DNA of 64,000 nt from Candidatus Microgenomates bacterium (lineage in GTDB: Bacteria; Patescibacteriota; Microgenomatia; UBA8517; JACQJR01), in assembly GCA_016204995.1 (NCBI GenBank), contig JACQJR010000001.1:369132-433131 (forward strand), written 5' to 3'. Positions 8,793-19,893 of this stretch are shown one piece after another. The notes under the pieces are model-generated. The model worked only from the letters and a program-made list of their open reading frames with translations. It did not search any database and was not told where the DNA came from. The number at the start of each line of letters is the position of its first letter. Position 1 is the stretch's first letter. A program made the position numbers and the translations under genes.

Positions 8793-10958
8793 TTAACTTT
8801 TCTTAGCGCTAATTATTTTCTCGGCAATGTTATTGGGCACTTCTTCATAATGAGATGGTTCAACATAGGGATTGGCCCGGCCTTGAGTCAGCGAACGCAA
8901 AGTAGTAGTGTAGCCGGAAATTTCAGCTAGTGGCACTCGAGCCAGCACAATGGTAGAATTACCCCGTTTTTCCGTCCCTAAAATTTGGGCCCGGCGGGAA
9001 GATAAATCACCAATCACATCACCCATAAATTCTTCCGGCGTAGTCACTTCTACTTTCATAATTGGTTCCAAGAGTACTAAACCGGCTTTGCGGGCCGCAT
9101 CCTGTACTGCCATAGAGCCGGCAATTTTAAAAGCAATTTCCGAAGAGTCAACATCATGATAAGTTCCGTCAAAGACCGTCACTGACAAATCAACTACCGG
9201 GTAGCCTGCTAAAATGCCATTAGATAAAGCTTCAACCACTCCTTTTTCAATTGGCGGAATAAATTCATTAGGAATGGCACCGCCTTTGATTTTATTAATA
9301 AACTCAAAACCTTCTCCCCGGCCTTTAGGTTCCACTTTTAAGAAACAATGACCATATTGTCCATGGCCGCCGGTTTGGCGAATGTATTTACCTTCGCCTT
9401 CAGCCAAGCCCTTGATAGTCTCCTTATAAGCCACTTCCGGAGAACCAGTGGTCGCCTCCACCCCAAATTCCCGGCGCATCCGATCCACTAGAATTTCCAA
9501 ATGCAGCTCACCCATACCGGAAATAATCGTCTGGCCAGTTTCCGGATTGGAACGAATTCTAAAAGTGGGGTCTTCCTCTGACAATTTGCCCAAGGCTTCA
9601 CCTAATTTTTCCTGGTCGCTTCTGGTTTTAGGCTCAATAGCCAAGGAAATAACTGGATCGGGGAAAGCAATTGATTCTAAAACTAAAGGATAACTGCTAT
9701 CTGCCACTGTATCCCCAGTAACGGTTTCCCGTAAACCGACTGCCGCGACAATTTCTCCCGAGTAGGCTTCGCTGACCAACTCCCTTTGATCGGCATGCAT
9801 CAACACTAAGCGGCTAGTTCTTTCCCGTCTGTTTTTAGTGGTGTTGTAAGTCTCCTGGCCGGCTTTTAAAACACCGGAATAAATTCTTAACCATACTAAC
9901 CTACCCACATGAGGATCGGTTTGCACTTTAAAGGCTAAGGCTGATAAAGGCTCATCATTACCCGGTTTTCTTTCTTCGGTATTACCATTCCATTGACCCG
10001 TCACCGGCGGCAAATCAATCGGCGAAGGCAAATATTCTACGACCGCATCCAGTAATGGCTGAACTCCTTTATTGCGCAAAGATGAACCGCAAAAGGTCGG
10101 AAAGAGTTCGGATTTAATGGTGGCCCGGCGCAAAGCAGACTTTAACTCGTGAGTATCCGGCTCTACTCCCCCCACATACTTTTCCAAAATGCCCTGGTCG
10201 GTTTCGGCAATGGCCTCAATAGTTTGAGCCCTGTATTTTTCCATTTGCGCGACTAATTCTTCCGGCACCTCGGTCTCTGTATAAACTGCGCCTGTATCAA
10301 CTTGTCCTGAGACAGCCGAAGGATCACCTTCCCAAATATAGGCTTTGCGATCTAAAACTGACACAATGCCCCGGAAACTTTGTTCACTGCCAATGGGAAA
10401 GGTTAAAACTACAGGTTTTGCGCCTAATCTCTCGCGAACGGCAGCTAACGTCCCATCAAAGTTAGCTCCTAATTTATCCATTTTATTGACAAAAATAATT
10501 CTTGGGACATGATATTTATCAGCCTGGCGCCAGACTGTTTCAGTTTGCGATTGAACCATTTCTTCCGCATCTAACACCGTAATGCCGCCGTCCAAAACGC
10601 GTAAAGATCGCTCCACTTCAGCCGTAAAATCCACATGGCCCGGAGTATCAATGATGTTAATCCGGTAATTACCATGCTCAACGGAAGAGTCTTGTTTTAA
10701 TTCCCAAAAAGCGGTGATGGCTGCCGACACAATGGTGATACCCCGTTCCCGTTCCTGGGCCATCCAATCGGTAACAGTGGTACCCTCATCAACCGATCCC
10801 AACTTATAAGTCCGGCCGGTGTAAAAAAGAATTCTTTCGGTAGTGGTAGTTTTACCCGCGTCAATATGAGCAATAATACCGATGTTGCGGATTTTATCCA
10901 AAGCCACTTCGCGATTTTTGGTGACTACTTGTGATAGTGATGCTTTTTGCCCGGCCAT
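8793..10958 (-). CDS. fusA: elongation factor G
   Basis: AHIDAGKTTT, DTPGHVDF, GMGELHL, YHDVDSS. Confidence 0.99.
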   Translation of the reverse strand: MAGQKASLSQVVTKNREVALDKIRNIGIIAHIDAGKTTTTERILFYTGRTYKLGSVDEGTTVTDWMAQERERGITIVSAAITAFWELKQDSSVEHGNYRINIIDTPGHVDFTAEVERSLRVLDGGITVLDAEEMVQSQTETVWRQADKYHVPRIIFVNKMDKLGANFDGTLAAVRERLGAKPVVLTFPIGSEQSFRGIVSVLDRKAYIWEGDPSAVSGQVDTGAVYTETEVPEELVAQMEKYRAQTIEAIAETDQGILEKYVGGVEPDTHELKSALRRATIKSELFPTFCGSSLRNKGVQPLLDAVVEYLPSPIDLPPVTGQWNGNTEERKPGNDEPLSALAFKVQTDPHVGRLVWLRIYSGVLKAGQETYNTTKNRRERTSRLVLMHADQRELVSEAYSGEIVAAVGLRETVTGDTVADSSYPLVLESIAFPDPVISLAIEPKTRSDQEKLGEALGKLSEEDPTFRIRSNPETGQTIISGMGELHLEILVDRMRREFGVEATTGSPEVAYKETIKGLAEGEGKYIRQTGGHGQYGHCFLKVEPKGRGEGFEFINKIKGGAIPNEFIPPIEKGVVEALSNGILAGYPVVDLSVTVFDGTYHDVDSSEIAFKIAGSMAVQDAARKAGLVLLEPIMKVEVTTPEEFMGDVIGDLSSRRAQILGTEKRGNSTIVLARVPLAEISGYTTTLRSLTQGRANPYVEPSHYEEVPNNIAEKIISAKKS

Positions 10959-11075
10959 AAATCAATTGTACACAAAAAAGAAGCGTTATTGTCGCTTCCG
11001 TAGCTAATTTTAACCTAAAATTTGAATTTAAGCAACCTATGAATAAATTATAATAATTAAGAGGCGTACTTTTGC

Positions 11076-11558
11076 TTAAGGATTTTGGTTCTCTTTATCG
11101 TTTTCTTTGTTGCCCGTCTGTCTCACTTCATTTTCATTATATCCATGTTCTTTACCCCACTTAATCCAATCAGCCGCCATCGCTTTCAAACGCCCTCTAT
11201 GTTCTGGAAGAATAGGATCAACTCCAGTAATGGTGTATAAAGCCTCAAACCAGTGATCCGGCTTTTGCGCAAGTTTCTCTAAAATTAAAGGAACAATTGG
11301 CATTCCCATCTCAATAATTTGCTGGTAGGCTGGATGTTCCACCATCACGCTAATATCCATGTGATGTGGTCTTTCTCGCACCCAGAGATCAGCCAGTTGA
11401 TTAAATTTATCTCTAGTAGCCCTACCTTCAATTACCTCATCAGTAAATTTTGTCAAAGCCTGTCTATCTTCGTTTGATATGTATGGAATCCATAGGTATT
11501 GTTCAAGTTGACTTGCTCTTTCTTCACCATTGAAGTTTGAACCTTGTTCTTTTTTCAT
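11076..11558 (-). CDS. hypothetical protein inserted between rpsG and fusA
   Basis: 160-aa ORF with HPAYQQIIEMG...WFEAL...W segment; own TTGACA-N16-TAAACT promoter. Confidence 0.75.
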   Translation of the reverse strand: MKKEQGSNFNGEERASQLEQYLWIPYISNEDRQALTKFTDEVIEGRATRDKFNQLADLWVRERPHHMDISVMVEHPAYQQIIEMGMPIVPLILEKLAQKPDHWFEALYTITGVDPILPEHRGRLKAMAADWIKWGKEHGYNENEVRQTGNKENDKENQNP

Positions 11559-11618
11559 TTGGAGTTAGTTTACCACCCTAAACTCGCTTGTCAAGCAATA
11601 TCACCAAGGAGTGATCAT

Positions 11619-12098
11619 TTACCATTTAAAGTGGGCAAAGGCCCGATTGGCTTCGGCCACGCGTTCCATATCTTTTTTCTTACCGATGGCTCCACCCAAC
11701 CCGCGACTGGCATCAATAATTTCTGCCGCTAGTTTCTCGGCAAAGGTGTGATAATCTTTATTGGAACGAGCGCGGGCGGCCATAATTAGCCAGCGGATGG
11801 CCAGAGATTCGCGCCTGGGACCCCGAACTTGCATGGGTACTTGATAAGCAGCGCCTCCCACCCGGCGAGGCCTAACCTCCATCAAAGGCTTAACTTGGTC
11901 AATTGCCGACAGAAAAATCGGTAAAGCTTCTTCGCCTGAATCTTGGCCAATTTTTTCCAAAGCCTCGTAAACTTCCGCTTGGGCCACTGATTTTTTACCA
12001 TCCAGCATGACTCCGTTAATAAATTTGGTCAATAGAACGTTATTAAAAACCGGATCGGGAGCAACAATTCTAGTAGGGGTTTGTCCGCGTCTGGCCAT
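11619..12098 (-). CDS. rpsG: 30S ribosomal protein S7
   Basis: MLDGKKS, RRVGGAAYQVP, AEANRAFAHF. Confidence 0.98.
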   Translation of the reverse strand: MARRGQTPTRIVAPDPVFNNVLLTKFINGVMLDGKKSVAQAEVYEALEKIGQDSGEEALPIFLSAIDQVKPLMEVRPRRVGGAAYQVPMQVRGPRRESLAIRWLIMAARARSNKDYHTFAEKLAAEIIDASRGLGGAIGKKKDMERVAEANRAFAHFKW

Positions 12099-12103
12099 AA
12101 AAA

Positions 12104-12559
12104 TTAAGCTGCGGCTGGGGCCGGTGCGGCCGGTCGGGGCGCAACCCCTCCTCCTTCGCGACGTGTGCCATAGCGAGACCGGCCGGTTTTGCGGCCGACC
12201 ACGCCGGTAGTATCATATTTGCCGCGCACCACATGATATTTAACGCCTGGCAAATCTTTGACCCGACCACCCCGAACCATGACGTTTGAATGTTCTGCCA
12301 GTTCATGTCCTTCACCAGGAATATAGGCGGTAATTTCCTGCTTATTAGACAATCTAATTCTGGCCACTTTGCGCAAAGCCGAGTTAGGTTTTCTGGGAGT
12401 CATCGTGCGGACAGATAGCACCACCCCTCGTTTAAAAGGACTGGCTAGCTCACTAAATTTGCGGGTTCTGGTATTGAACCAACGGCGCAATGACGCGCTG
12501 CGGAATTTACTCACAGATTTCTTTCTCCCATGTTTGACTAATTGATTAATTGTTGGCAT
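12104..12559 (-). CDS. rpsL: 30S ribosomal protein S12
   Basis: [27 protein letters not shown]; start placed at 12559. Confidence 0.98.
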   Translation of the reverse strand: MPTINQLVKHGRKKSVSKFRSASLRRWFNTRTRKFSELASPFKRGVVLSVRTMTPRKPNSALRKVARIRLSNKQEITAYIPGEGHELAEHSNVMVRGGRVKDLPGVKYHVVRGKYDTTGVVGRKTGRSRYGTRREGGGVAPRPAAPAPAAA

Positions 12560-12580
12560 AGCTCTCCCTTCGGTCGAGAA

Positions 12581-12655
12581 TAATACCAATATTACAAATT
12601 TCAAATTTCAAATGTTTTATCATTGGTATTTATTGGTATTTATTTGATATTGGTA
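12581..12655. repeat. periodic inverted arms with no gene between them, rpoC/rpsL junction
   Basis: taataccaat...caaatttcaaatg followed by cattggtatttattggta...attggta. Confidence 0.7.
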
Positions 12656-12672
12656 CTTATTTTACCATGTTT

Positions 12673-15600
12673 TCAGCTTTGGGGCAATGGGGCTTGGGGT
12701 AAATGCGCCCTTTCAGCGGTAACAGGAATCAGCCTACCGATAATCACATTTTCTTTTAAGCCCACCAGTTTATCTTCCTTACCCAAAAGGGCCGCTTCGG
12801 TCAAGATGTTGGTAGTTTCCTGGAACGAAGCTGCCGACAGCCAAGACTCGGTGTAAAGCGAAGCTTTAGTCACCCCTAAAATGACCACTTGGGCCGTAGC
12901 CGGTTCTCCACCGGCGGCCAAGACCCGTTCATTTTCCTCCACAAAAGTGACTCGGGAAACGAGCTCTCTAGGCAGTAAAGTAGTATCGCCGGAATTAATA
13001 ATCTGCACCTTATCGCTCATCTTGCGCAAAATTACCTCAAAATGCTTGTCATTAATCGGAATACCTTGCGACTCATAAACTGCCTGAATTTCAAAAATTA
13101 AATATTCTTGGGCAGAGCGCAAACCACGAATAGCCAACACCTGTTTAATATCCAAGAGTCCTACCGCCAGTTGCTTGCCGGCCGCGATTAAATCGCCGTC
13201 TTCTACAGCCAGCTGAATAGTTTTAGGCACCACATATTCCCGTTCCTCCGGTGGTTTCACATCGGTGCTTTTAACCCGGACTTTCCAGGAATCCTCCGAC
13301 TCAACTACCTCTACCAAACCTGCAATCTCTGCTAGAGGCGAAATAATCTTGGGCATTCTGGCTTCAAACAATTCCTCTACCCGAGGTAAGCCTTGAGTGA
13401 CGTCCAGACCGACGATACCGCCCGAATGCTTCACCCGCATAGTAAGTTGCGTACCCGGTTCGCCGATGGATTGAGCGGCAATGACGCCCACCGGTACTCC
13501 CAATTCCACTCGCTTTTTGGTAGCCATATCCCAACCATAGCAGGCGGCGCAAAGTCCATAGCGAGAGGCACAAGCCAAAGGTGAACGAATTAACACTTCA
13601 GGAATTTCCATCTCAAAAATTTTCTGGGTAATTTCTTCACTCATTTCCTCACCGGCCCGAACGATGGTTTCCTTACCAACTATGACATCGCTGGCGGCTG
13701 TTCTACCCAGTAAACGGGCACTAAAGGCCCGAGTTCGTTCAGATCTTTTGACTAACACCCCTTCGGCAGTACCACAATCCTCAATTCTGATAATCACATC
13801 ATGAGCCACATCTACCAGGCGGCGTGTCAAATAACCGGCATCGGCTGTTTTTAAGGCTTGGTCTGTTAAACCTTTGCGCGAACCGCGGGCGGTAGAAACG
13901 TATTCAAAAATAGACAAACCTTCCTTAAAGTTGGATTTGGTCGGCAATTCCACCACCCGGCCCATCGGATCTACCACCAAACCGCGCATGGCGGCAATTT
14001 GCTTAATCTGCTCCCGAGAAGCCCGACCGACTCCGGCGTCAATAATTAGCTTGATAGGATTGTCCGCCTCAAATTTTTCCCAGGTCCGGTCAGCCAACTC
14101 TTCGGTAGTTTCAATCCAGACTTCCTGGGCCAGTCTCTTTTTCTCTTCTTCGGTAATAAGGCCGCTCCTGAAATTTTCTTCAATCTCTGCGACCTGCCCG
14201 TTAGCAGTTTCTATCCGCTCATTTTTCCCTTCTAAGGTGACGGCATCAGCCACGGAGAAAGACAAGCCGGACACAGTCCCGGCAGAAAAACCAATGTTTT
14301 TAATGGTGTCAATCATTTCTACTACTTCTGCTTTGGAACCGCGGGCAAAAGCGGTATTAAAAATGCCTTTGAGTCTTGCGGCCGTCACCGATTCGTTGAC
14401 ATAATTCATCCAGGAAGGCAACAGCTCATTGAAAAGTAAGCGGCCGACAGTGGTGGTTAATTTTTCTCCCTCATGGAAAATCTCTATTTCCTGCCTCAAA
14501 CCCAGTTGTCCCCGTTGGTATAAATAAATGACAGTTTCGGCATCGCCAGTAATTTCCCGCTTGGAAAGACGAGGATCGGTGGAAGTTAAGTAGTAAACTC
14601 CCAAAGTCATTTCCCGACTAGCCGGGATCGTAATCGGGGCGCCGTCAGAGGGTTTGAGTAAATTGTGTTCCGGCAACATCAGATCGCGAGCCTCTGCTTT
14701 GGCCCGTTCTGACAAAGGCACGTGGACGGCCATTTGATCACCGTCAAAGTCAGCGTTGTAGCCGGCGCAGACGCAGGGATGCAGCCGGATAGCATTACCT
14801 TCAATTAACACCGGATAAAAAGCCTGGATACCCAGTTTGTGCAAAGTGGGAGCGCGGTTAAGTAAAACCGGATGATCAGAAGTAATTCCCTCTAAAATAT
14901 CAAACACTTCCGGCACCCGTTTTTCCACCATGCTCTTGGCGCTTTTAACATTGGGGGCAATGCCTTGAGCAATCATTTCCCGCAGCACAAATGGCTTAAA
15001 CAACTCCAAAGCCATTTCTTTAGGCAAACCGCATTGGTTAAGAGATAATTCCGGACCGACTACAATGACAGACCTGCCCGAATAATCTACTCTTTTACCC
15101 AATAAATTCTGTCTAAATCTGCCCTGCTTACCGCGCAGCATATCAGATAGCGATCTTAAAGGTTGGCGCGTCCTACCCCGGCGCATCACCTGTCTTTGGC
15201 TGGCATCAATTAAAGAGTCTACTGCCTCTTGCAACATTCGTTTTTCATTCCTCAAAATAATTTCTGGCGCGCCCAATTCTAATAAATGACGCAATCGATT
15301 ATTGCGATTGATGATGCGGCGATATAAATCGTTTAAGTCGCTCGTCGCAAAACGGCCGCCGGATAGCTGCACCATCGGCCGCAGATCTGGCGGTAAAACC
15401 GGCAAAATTTTACAAATCAGCCAAGCAGGCGACACACCGGATTTTCTCATTCCCTCTATTAATCTCAATCTTTGGGCAAGCTTAATCGCCCGGCTGCCGC
15501 TGACTTCGCCGATTTGTTTACGGACCGCAGCAGCTGTCTCCTCCAAATTCAATTCGGAAAGAAGGCTATTAATCGCTTCGGCGCCCATTTTAGCCACAAA

Positions 15601-16383
15601 GAAATCGTTAGCGTCATGTTCTGCCAGTTCCTGATACTCTTCTTCCGACAAAAACGTCCGGGGAGTAATATCGCCCACCACGGCAATTAATTTTTCAAAT
15701 AATTCGCGGGTTCTATTAATAGTTTCAGCTGCCTGCTCGGTCTGGGCTGTCTTTCTTTTGCGCTTTTCCAGTTCCAGTTCCTCCAAGGCTAAAGCCTGCT
15801 GTTCAGAACCGCTAATTTCCTTTTTCTTTTCCGATATTAAATGATCAAATTCACGATCTAAGGCAGCCAACCGCTCTTTAAGCTGCACCTGCTGCTCCTT
15901 TTCCAAACTCTCTCGCTCTTTGGCTAAACCAACCAATACCCCTTTTCTCTTTTCCTCGTCTACCGAGATGACTACATAGCGGGCCAGATAAATTACCTGT
16001 TCTATTCCTTTGGAAGGTAAATCCAGTAACACTGACAGACGGGAAGGCGAGCCTTTGAAGAACCAAACATGAGCGGCAGGACAAGACAGGTTAATATGTC
16101 CCATTCTCTCCCGGCGGACCCGAGATTGAGTAACCTCCACACCGCATTTGTCGCAAACTACCCCTTTATAGCGAATTCGTTTGTATTTGCCGCAGTAACA
16201 TTCCCAATCACGGGTCGGACCAAAAATTCGTTCATCAAATAAACCGTTTTTCTCCGGCTTCAGCGTCCGGTAATTAATTGTCTCTGGTTTGGTAATCTCG
16301 CCATGCGACCAGCTCTTAATATCATCGCCCGAGGCCACTTTAATAACCAGCGATGAAAAATCAGCTAAATCTCTAGTATCCAT
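12673..16383 (-). CDS. rpoC: RNA polymerase beta' subunit
   Basis: NADFDGD, Zn finger CYCGKYK, LLGKRVDYSGRS. Confidence 0.99.
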   Translation of the reverse strand: MDTRDLADFSSLVIKVASGDDIKSWSHGEITKPETINYRTLKPEKNGLFDERIFGPTRDWECYCGKYKRIRYKGVVCDKCGVEVTQSRVRRERMGHINLSCPAAHVWFFKGSPSRLSVLLDLPSKGIEQVIYLARYVVISVDEEKRKGVLVGLAKERESLEKEQQVQLKERLAALDREFDHLISEKKKEISGSEQQALALEELELEKRKRKTAQTEQAAETINRTRELFEKLIAVVGDITPRTFLSEEEYQELAEHDANDFFVAKMGAEAINSLLSELNLEETAAAVRKQIGEVSGSRAIKLAQRLRLIEGMRKSGVSPAWLICKILPVLPPDLRPMVQLSGGRFATSDLNDLYRRIINRNNRLRHLLELGAPEIILRNEKRMLQEAVDSLIDASQRQVMRRGRTRQPLRSLSDMLRGKQGRFRQNLLGKRVDYSGRSVIVVGPELSLNQCGLPKEMALELFKPFVLREMIAQGIAPNVKSAKSMVEKRVPEVFDILEGITSDHPVLLNRAPTLHKLGIQAFYPVLIEGNAIRLHPCVCAGYNADFDGDQMAVHVPLSERAKAEARDLMLPEHNLLKPSDGAPITIPASREMTLGVYYLTSTDPRLSKREITGDAETVIYLYQRGQLGLRQEIEIFHEGEKLTTTVGRLLFNELLPSWMNYVNESVTAARLKGIFNTAFARGSKAEVVEMIDTIKNIGFSAGTVSGLSFSVADAVTLEGKNERIETANGQVAEIEENFRSGLITEEEKKRLAQEVWIETTEELADRTWEKFEADNPIKLIIDAGVGRASREQIKQIAAMRGLVVDPMGRVVELPTKSNFKEGLSIFEYVSTARGSRKGLTDQALKTADAGYLTRRLVDVAHDVIIRIEDCGTAEGVLVKRSERTRAFSARLLGRTAASDVIVGKETIVRAGEEMSEEITQKIFEMEIPEVLIRSPLACASRYGLCAACYGWDMATKKRVELGVPVGVIAAQSIGEPGTQLTMRVKHSGGIVGLDVTQGLPRVEELFEARMPKIISPLAEIAGLVEVVESEDSWKVRVKSTDVKPPEEREYVVPKTIQLAVEDGDLIAAGKQLAVGLLDIKQVLAIRGLRSAQEYLIFEIQAVYESQGIPINDKHFEVILRKMSDKVQIINSGDTTLLPRELVSRVTFVEENERVLAAGGEPATAQVVILGVTKASLYTESWLSAASFQETTNILTEAALLGKEDKLVGLKENVIIGRLIPVTAERAHLPQAPLPQS

Positions 16384-16386
16384 ATT

Positions 16387-19300
16387 TTAAGATTTAATCT
16401 CCACCTCCATCGGAGATTCGGCCGCAGTTAGCTCGCCTTCTTCTGCTTCCAGACTGGCACCGGCTGCCTCGGCCAGCTCGCGGGCTGCTCTGGCGGTAGT
16501 TTCCCCACTCTCTGGTTCTGTTTGGGTAGCAATAACTGCTCCTTTAGGTTCTACCGACAAGTTCAAGGCATTTAATTCCCGCATCAATACTTTGAAAGAA
16601 TCAGGAATGGTGGATTCCGGAATGTCGGTCCCTTTGACAATCGCTTCAAAAGCCCGAGCCCGACCGACAACGTCGTCCGACTTAATGGTTAGCATCTCCT
16701 GCAGGGTGTGACCGGCCCGATGCGCTTCCAGGGCCCACACTTCCATTTCTCCCAAGCGCTGACCACCCATTTGGGCTTTGCCGCCTAAAGGCTGCTGCGT
16801 CACCAAAGAATAAGGACCGGTGGAACGGGCATGCATTTTATCCTCCACCATGTGAATTAATTTCATGATGTAAGCCACTCCCACCATGGTTTCCTGCTCA
16901 AACGGCTCGCCGGTTTTGCCATTAATCAGCCTGGTTTTGCCAGAGACTGGTAATCTCGCTTCTTTTAGTTTTTCGCTAATCAGCTCAAAGGGCACTTTTT
17001 CAAAAACCGGAATACCACCATGCTCGCCTTTTTTATCTAATGCCCAGCCTAAATGCGCCTCTAACAGTTGCCCTAAATTCATCCGGGCCAGGACTGACAA
17101 AGGGGAAATAATAATATCAATCGGGGTGCCATCAGGCAGATAAGGCATGTCGGCGGCCGGCACAATTTTAGAAATAACTCCCTTATTGCCGTGACGGCCG
17201 GCCAATTTATCTCCGGCGGTGACTTTTCTAATTTGAGCTACCCGTACTACCACTTTTTTCAACGTCCCTGGCTCCAATTCATCTCCTTTTTCTCTGTCTA
17301 AAATGGAAACGCCAATGACAATACCACGCTCACCATGAGGCATTCGCAGCGAAGTATCGCGCACTTCCCGGGCTTTCTCGCCGAAAATGGCCCGCAACAG
17401 TCTCTCTTCAGAAGTCAGTTCTGTTTCGCCTTTAGGCTGAATTTTACCGACCAAAATATCATTTGGCCCTACTTCAGAACCCACCACCACAATGCCATCT
17501 TCATCCATTAAACCTAGATCAGTCTCGGGCACATTAGGAATATCTTTGGTTAATTCTTCCGGACCCAGCTTAGTTTCCACCACTTCCGCTTCATATTCCT
17601 CAATATGAATGGAGGTCAAAACATCTTCTTTCACTAACCTATCAGAAACTACTAAAGCGTCTTCATAACCTAAACCTTCAAAAGAACAATAGGCAATCAA
17701 CATATTTTGACCCAAGGCGATCTCGCCGTTATCCGTAGCCGGACCATCAGCCAGGAAATCACCGCGCTTGACCTGATCGCCCACCGAAACCCGCGGCTTT
17801 TGGTGATAACAGGTGGATTGGGAAGTCCGCTTAAAGACAGTTAAATAATGAATTTCGCGCTTTTCGTCAATTTCCAGATGATCGCTTGTAATCTTTTCTT
17901 TGACTTTTTCCTCCAGTTGAATTTCAATTCTTTGGGCATCAACGTAAGACACCCGACCGGCGTTTTGGGCTAGAATCACCCAATTTTGCGATCTGGCTAC
18001 CATTTCTTCCATGCCGGTACCGACAATCGCCGCCGCTGGTTTGATCAAAGGCACAGCTTGACACTGCATGTGAGTACCCATAAGAGCACGGTTCGCCTCA
18101 TCGTGAGCCAAAAAGGGAATTAGGGAAGCGCTGGTACCGACTACTTGCCCCGGCGTCATATCCATAAAATCAATCAGTTCGGCCGGACCTTCCAAGAATT
18201 GACCTTGATAGCGCATCGGCACCCAGTCATCTTCAATTAGGCCAGATTCAGAAACTAATACACCGGCATGAGTCAAGTGATACTCTTCTTCATCATCAGC
18301 CGATAAATAAACAATTTCATCCGTTACTCTGGGCCTGATTTCACCGCGGATTTTGTCTTTGACCACCCGACGATAGGGTGCTTCTAAAAAGCCATATTCA
18401 TTAACTCGGGTATATAAGGCCATATAAGTTACCAAGCCGATGTTGGGGCCTTCCGGCGATCTGATCGGATCAATCCGACCGTATTGAGAAGAATTGATAT
18501 CGCGAATAGGAAAGCTCGCTCGCTCGCGGGAAATGCCGCCGGGACCAGTGACAGTTAAACGGCGTAGATTGTCAATTTCCGAAAGTGGATTGGTTTGATC
18601 TAAAATGGAAGATTGCGGGTTGGAGCGGAAAAATTCGTTTAAGGAAGCAATCACCGGCCGGGCGTTGACAAAAAATGAGGGGGCAACTAAATCATCGGTG
18701 GAAGTTAAGCTCATTTTCTCTTTTACTGATCGTTCCAGCCTTAACAGCCCCATGCGAAAACCATAAGTGGCCACTAATTCTCCCACCCGGCGGACCCGAC
18801 GATTGGCCAGATGATCAATATCGTCAATTCTACCCTCGTTATTTTGTAAACCAATTAAATAGCGAATCGTCCCAACAATATCTTCTTTTTGTAAAATCCA
18901 GTTCTCTTTAACATTTTCCAGACCAAGACCTAACCGCTTATTAATTTTATAGCGGCCAACCTTGGATAAATCATAGCGACGATAGCTAAAAAACAAATTA
19001 GTAAAGAAATTCTTGGCTGTGTCTAAAACCACCGGCTCGCCCGGCCGCATTCGGCGGTAAATTTCCAATAGAGCCTCGTCGGCGCTTTTGGTATTATCTT
19101 TATCCAAAGTAGCCTGAATATAACGATGTTTATCATCTCTATCAATATCGGCAAAAAGGTTTAAAATTTCTGCCTCCGTAGCAATTCCCAAGGCCCGCAG
19201 TAAAATCGTTACCATGATGCGGCGGCGGCGATCAATTCTGGCCATAATCACGTCATTTTTACCTACTTCAAATTCCAGCCAGGAACCGCGCACCGGCCTA

Positions 19301-19770
19301 ATTTCCGCCCGATGCAAGAAACGTGCGCTGACTGGATCCTGATCTCGGGAAAAATAAACTCCGGGAGAACGGACAATTTGATTAACAACTACTCGCTCAA
19401 TGCCGTTAATAATAAACGTCCCCTTATCGGTCATTTGGGGAATATCGCCCAAAAAGACATCCTGGGTGGTGGATTTCTCGGTCTTTTTGTTGAAAAGTTT
19501 GGCTTCTACTTTAAGGGGAGAACTATAAGTGAGTCCTTTTTCTTGGGCTTTTAAGGGAGTAATAGTTGGTTTGCCCAAGTAATACTCGCCTAGGCTCAAG
19601 GCCCAATTTTTACCGGTAAAGTCTTCTACGGGGGAAATTTCAGAGAGAGCCTCGGCAATTCCTTCCGCCAAAAAGCGCTCCCACGATTCTTTTTGGACGG
19701 CTACCAAGTCTAAGGGCGGCAGTTTAAATTGCCCCTGTCTCTGCGCTAGTATTTGACGCTTTGACGGCAT
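16387..19770 (-). CDS. rpoB: RNA polymerase beta subunit
   Basis: GDKLAGRHGNKG, GGQRLGEMEVWALEA; start probably ATG 19770. Confidence 0.99.
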   Translation of the reverse strand: MPSKRQILAQRQGQFKLPPLDLVAVQKESWERFLAEGIAEALSEISPVEDFTGKNWALSLGEYYLGKPTITPLKAQEKGLTYSSPLKVEAKLFNKKTEKSTTQDVFLGDIPQMTDKGTFIINGIERVVVNQIVRSPGVYFSRDQDPVSARFLHRAEIRPVRGSWLEFEVGKNDVIMARIDRRRRIMVTILLRALGIATEAEILNLFADIDRDDKHRYIQATLDKDNTKSADEALLEIYRRMRPGEPVVLDTAKNFFTNLFFSYRRYDLSKVGRYKINKRLGLGLENVKENWILQKEDIVGTIRYLIGLQNNEGRIDDIDHLANRRVRRVGELVATYGFRMGLLRLERSVKEKMSLTSTDDLVAPSFFVNARPVIASLNEFFRSNPQSSILDQTNPLSEIDNLRRLTVTGPGGISRERASFPIRDINSSQYGRIDPIRSPEGPNIGLVTYMALYTRVNEYGFLEAPYRRVVKDKIRGEIRPRVTDEIVYLSADDEEEYHLTHAGVLVSESGLIEDDWVPMRYQGQFLEGPAELIDFMDMTPGQVVGTSASLIPFLAHDEANRALMGTHMQCQAVPLIKPAAAIVGTGMEEMVARSQNWVILAQNAGRVSYVDAQRIEIQLEEKVKEKITSDHLEIDEKREIHYLTVFKRTSQSTCYHQKPRVSVGDQVKRGDFLADGPATDNGEIALGQNMLIAYCSFEGLGYEDALVVSDRLVKEDVLTSIHIEEYEAEVVETKLGPEELTKDIPNVPETDLGLMDEDGIVVVGSEVGPNDILVGKIQPKGETELTSEERLLRAIFGEKAREVRDTSLRMPHGERGIVIGVSILDREKGDELEPGTLKKVVVRVAQIRKVTAGDKLAGRHGNKGVISKIVPAADMPYLPDGTPIDIIISPLSVLARMNLGQLLEAHLGWALDKKGEHGGIPVFEKVPFELISEKLKEARLPVSGKTRLINGKTGEPFEQETMVGVAYIMKLIHMVEDKMHARSTGPYSLVTQQPLGGKAQMGGQRLGEMEVWALEAHRAGHTLQEMLTIKSDDVVGRARAFEAIVKGTDIPESTIPDSFKVLMRELNALNLSVEPKGAVIATQTEPESGETTARAARELAEAAGASLEAEEGELTAAESPMEVEIKS

Positions 19771-19852
19771 CGGGATTTTTCTTTGTATACGCAAAAAGTC
19801 CCGTTTCTCACGGGACAAAATAATTTTGCGTACCTGACTACGCCTGGAATTG

Positions 19853-19882
19853 TTTATATCACAGCTAGCCGACAGTTGTCAA
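19853..19882 (-). promoter_or_regulatory. sigma70 promoter for rpoBC
   Basis: TTGACA-N18-TATAAA. Confidence 0.7.
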
Positions 19883-19893
19883 TACCCAGCTGA